Below, in pieces: positions 62,654-64,000 of a stretch of 64,000 nt of DNA. The DNA comes from Octopus sinensis. Its lineage: Eukaryota. The notes beneath the pieces were generated by a model. That model had not been told where the DNA came from, did not search any database, and saw nothing but the letters and a program-made list of their open reading frames with translations. Both the position numbers and the translations under genes were made by a program. Position 1 is the first letter of the stretch; every line of letters starts with the position of its first letter. Location: contig NC_043019.1 in NCBI RefSeq assembly GCF_006345805.1, positions 13,019,360-13,083,359 of the forward strand, in the 5' to 3' direction.

Positions 62654-64000
62654 CTGAAATATAAGTGGATAAAGATGGATGGAGGGATGGTCATTAATGG
62701 AGTTAAATATATAGCAGAAGTTACTTGAACATTAAGACACCCATAAAATGCTTGTAATGGGTGTGGGTCCTGTACAGTTTATGATTTAAAGCAGCACAAA
62801 AGAAAGAATTTAAAATTTTATATTAACATACTTAACAGACAAATAATTTAGAAACAGATGATGTAATTGGGTGAAGCAACATCAAAGTAGAAAATTCCCA
62901 GTTTATTGTTTTTGCCCCTTACTGTGACCAAAAACAAGTCACAATTTCTCCTTTGCAGCACATTCTATCTTAAGAAATAGAAGTCACATTGGATACTACT
63001 ATCATTATGTCTGTGAAAAAAAAAAAAAAATTTTTAATAATTGATGGGATGGTCATGGTTGAAATGTCTTTGATTGTAGATCTACTCAATCTGAGCTAAC
63101 CTATGACGAAAATTGTCCCAAATGTGACCATCCCAATTTTGGAATATCAGAGAGCAATATTGTCCAGTGTCTCTTTTCAACAATGTTGGATTATCGTAGC
63201 AATCTCTCTTTTTACTTATACAAAAACCATTTCGTACCAGATGACTGAAAGCACATCGTTAAGCACTAAAGATGTACAATGACAATTGTGCAGCACATTC
63301 TGTCATACTGCCCCTTATCAAGGATGATATTTCCTGTATAATGGCAACCTAGCTGTGTATCCTTGACCCAACCAGATGAATTAAGGAGTACTTTACTTAT
63401 TCAGAGTAAAAGCTTAAGAATTTGGGCAGCTTTACCTTGTTTCATCATTGAACTCTTTTTCATTCATCTCCAAGAAATATATTTCAATTATCAGTACCTA
63501 TAATATACTCTCATTATGAACCAAATGAGGGAGCCATTACATGGTTGCTCAGTTTGCAAGAAATAGCAGCCAAAATCTCCTTCAAATCACTCCCCGCATG
63601 CATCATCTTAAGAAAAAGAAAGAGGGAAAGACACAACCAGGCTCTAGTCTGATCTGGCAGAGTTTCTACAGCTGGATGTCCTTCCTAATGCCAACCACTC
63701 CAAGAGTGTAGTGGGTGCTTTTACGTGCCAACGGCACGAGGGCCAGTCAGGCGGTACTGGCAACGGCCACACTCAAATGGTGTTTTTTACGTGCCACCTG
63801 CACAGGAGCCAGTCCAGCGGCACTGGCAACGACCTCGCTCGAATGTTTTTTCACGTGCCATTAGCGTAAACGCTGGTAACGATCACACTCGAATGGTGCC
63901 CACATAAGGTGTCAATTATTTACAAATAAGTAATAATCCAGCATTACCATAATCCAATGGCTATGCTGAATGAAACTTTTACAGAATGGAACCATTTCTT

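Noticed and set aside
63215-63360. Upstream exon of the candidate convergent gene
   Set aside because: All three minus-strand frames contain stops and the donor is poor.

Overview
AT-rich, repeat-dense eukaryotic genomic DNA. The SINE/microsatellite landscape suggests a coleoid cephalopod, probably Octopus (inference). Two spliced genes can be rebuilt by hand with consistent GT-AG sites and exon phases, arranged head-to-head with ATGs about 325 bp apart. UQCRB (complex III subunit 7) is on the minus strand, 4 exons, 111 aa, 6418-18026. HS1BP3 (PX-domain protein) is on the plus strand, 7 exons, 323 aa, 18351-61901, with a 25.5 kb first intron. A possible terminal exon of a convergent gene lies at 62523-62653. 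The rest is mostly tRNA-derived SINEs, 5'-truncated RTE/CR1 LINEs, mariner/Tc1/piggyBac relics, MITEs, a non-autonomous Helitron and microsatellites. Almost all other ORFs in the track are repeat artefacts. The unexpected signal is a set of type-I hammerhead ribozyme (HHR) motifs from several unrelated sequence families: about 6 look structurally complete or near-complete, plus several relics. Many have the palindromic stem III typical of Penelope-like elements, sit in (TA)n tracts or fold-back palindromes, and include core variants (U3-A8 covariation, U4C). Several lie in sense orientation 200-300 nt upstream of splice acceptors of the two genes. Cleavage activity is not shown here; all folds were done by eye.
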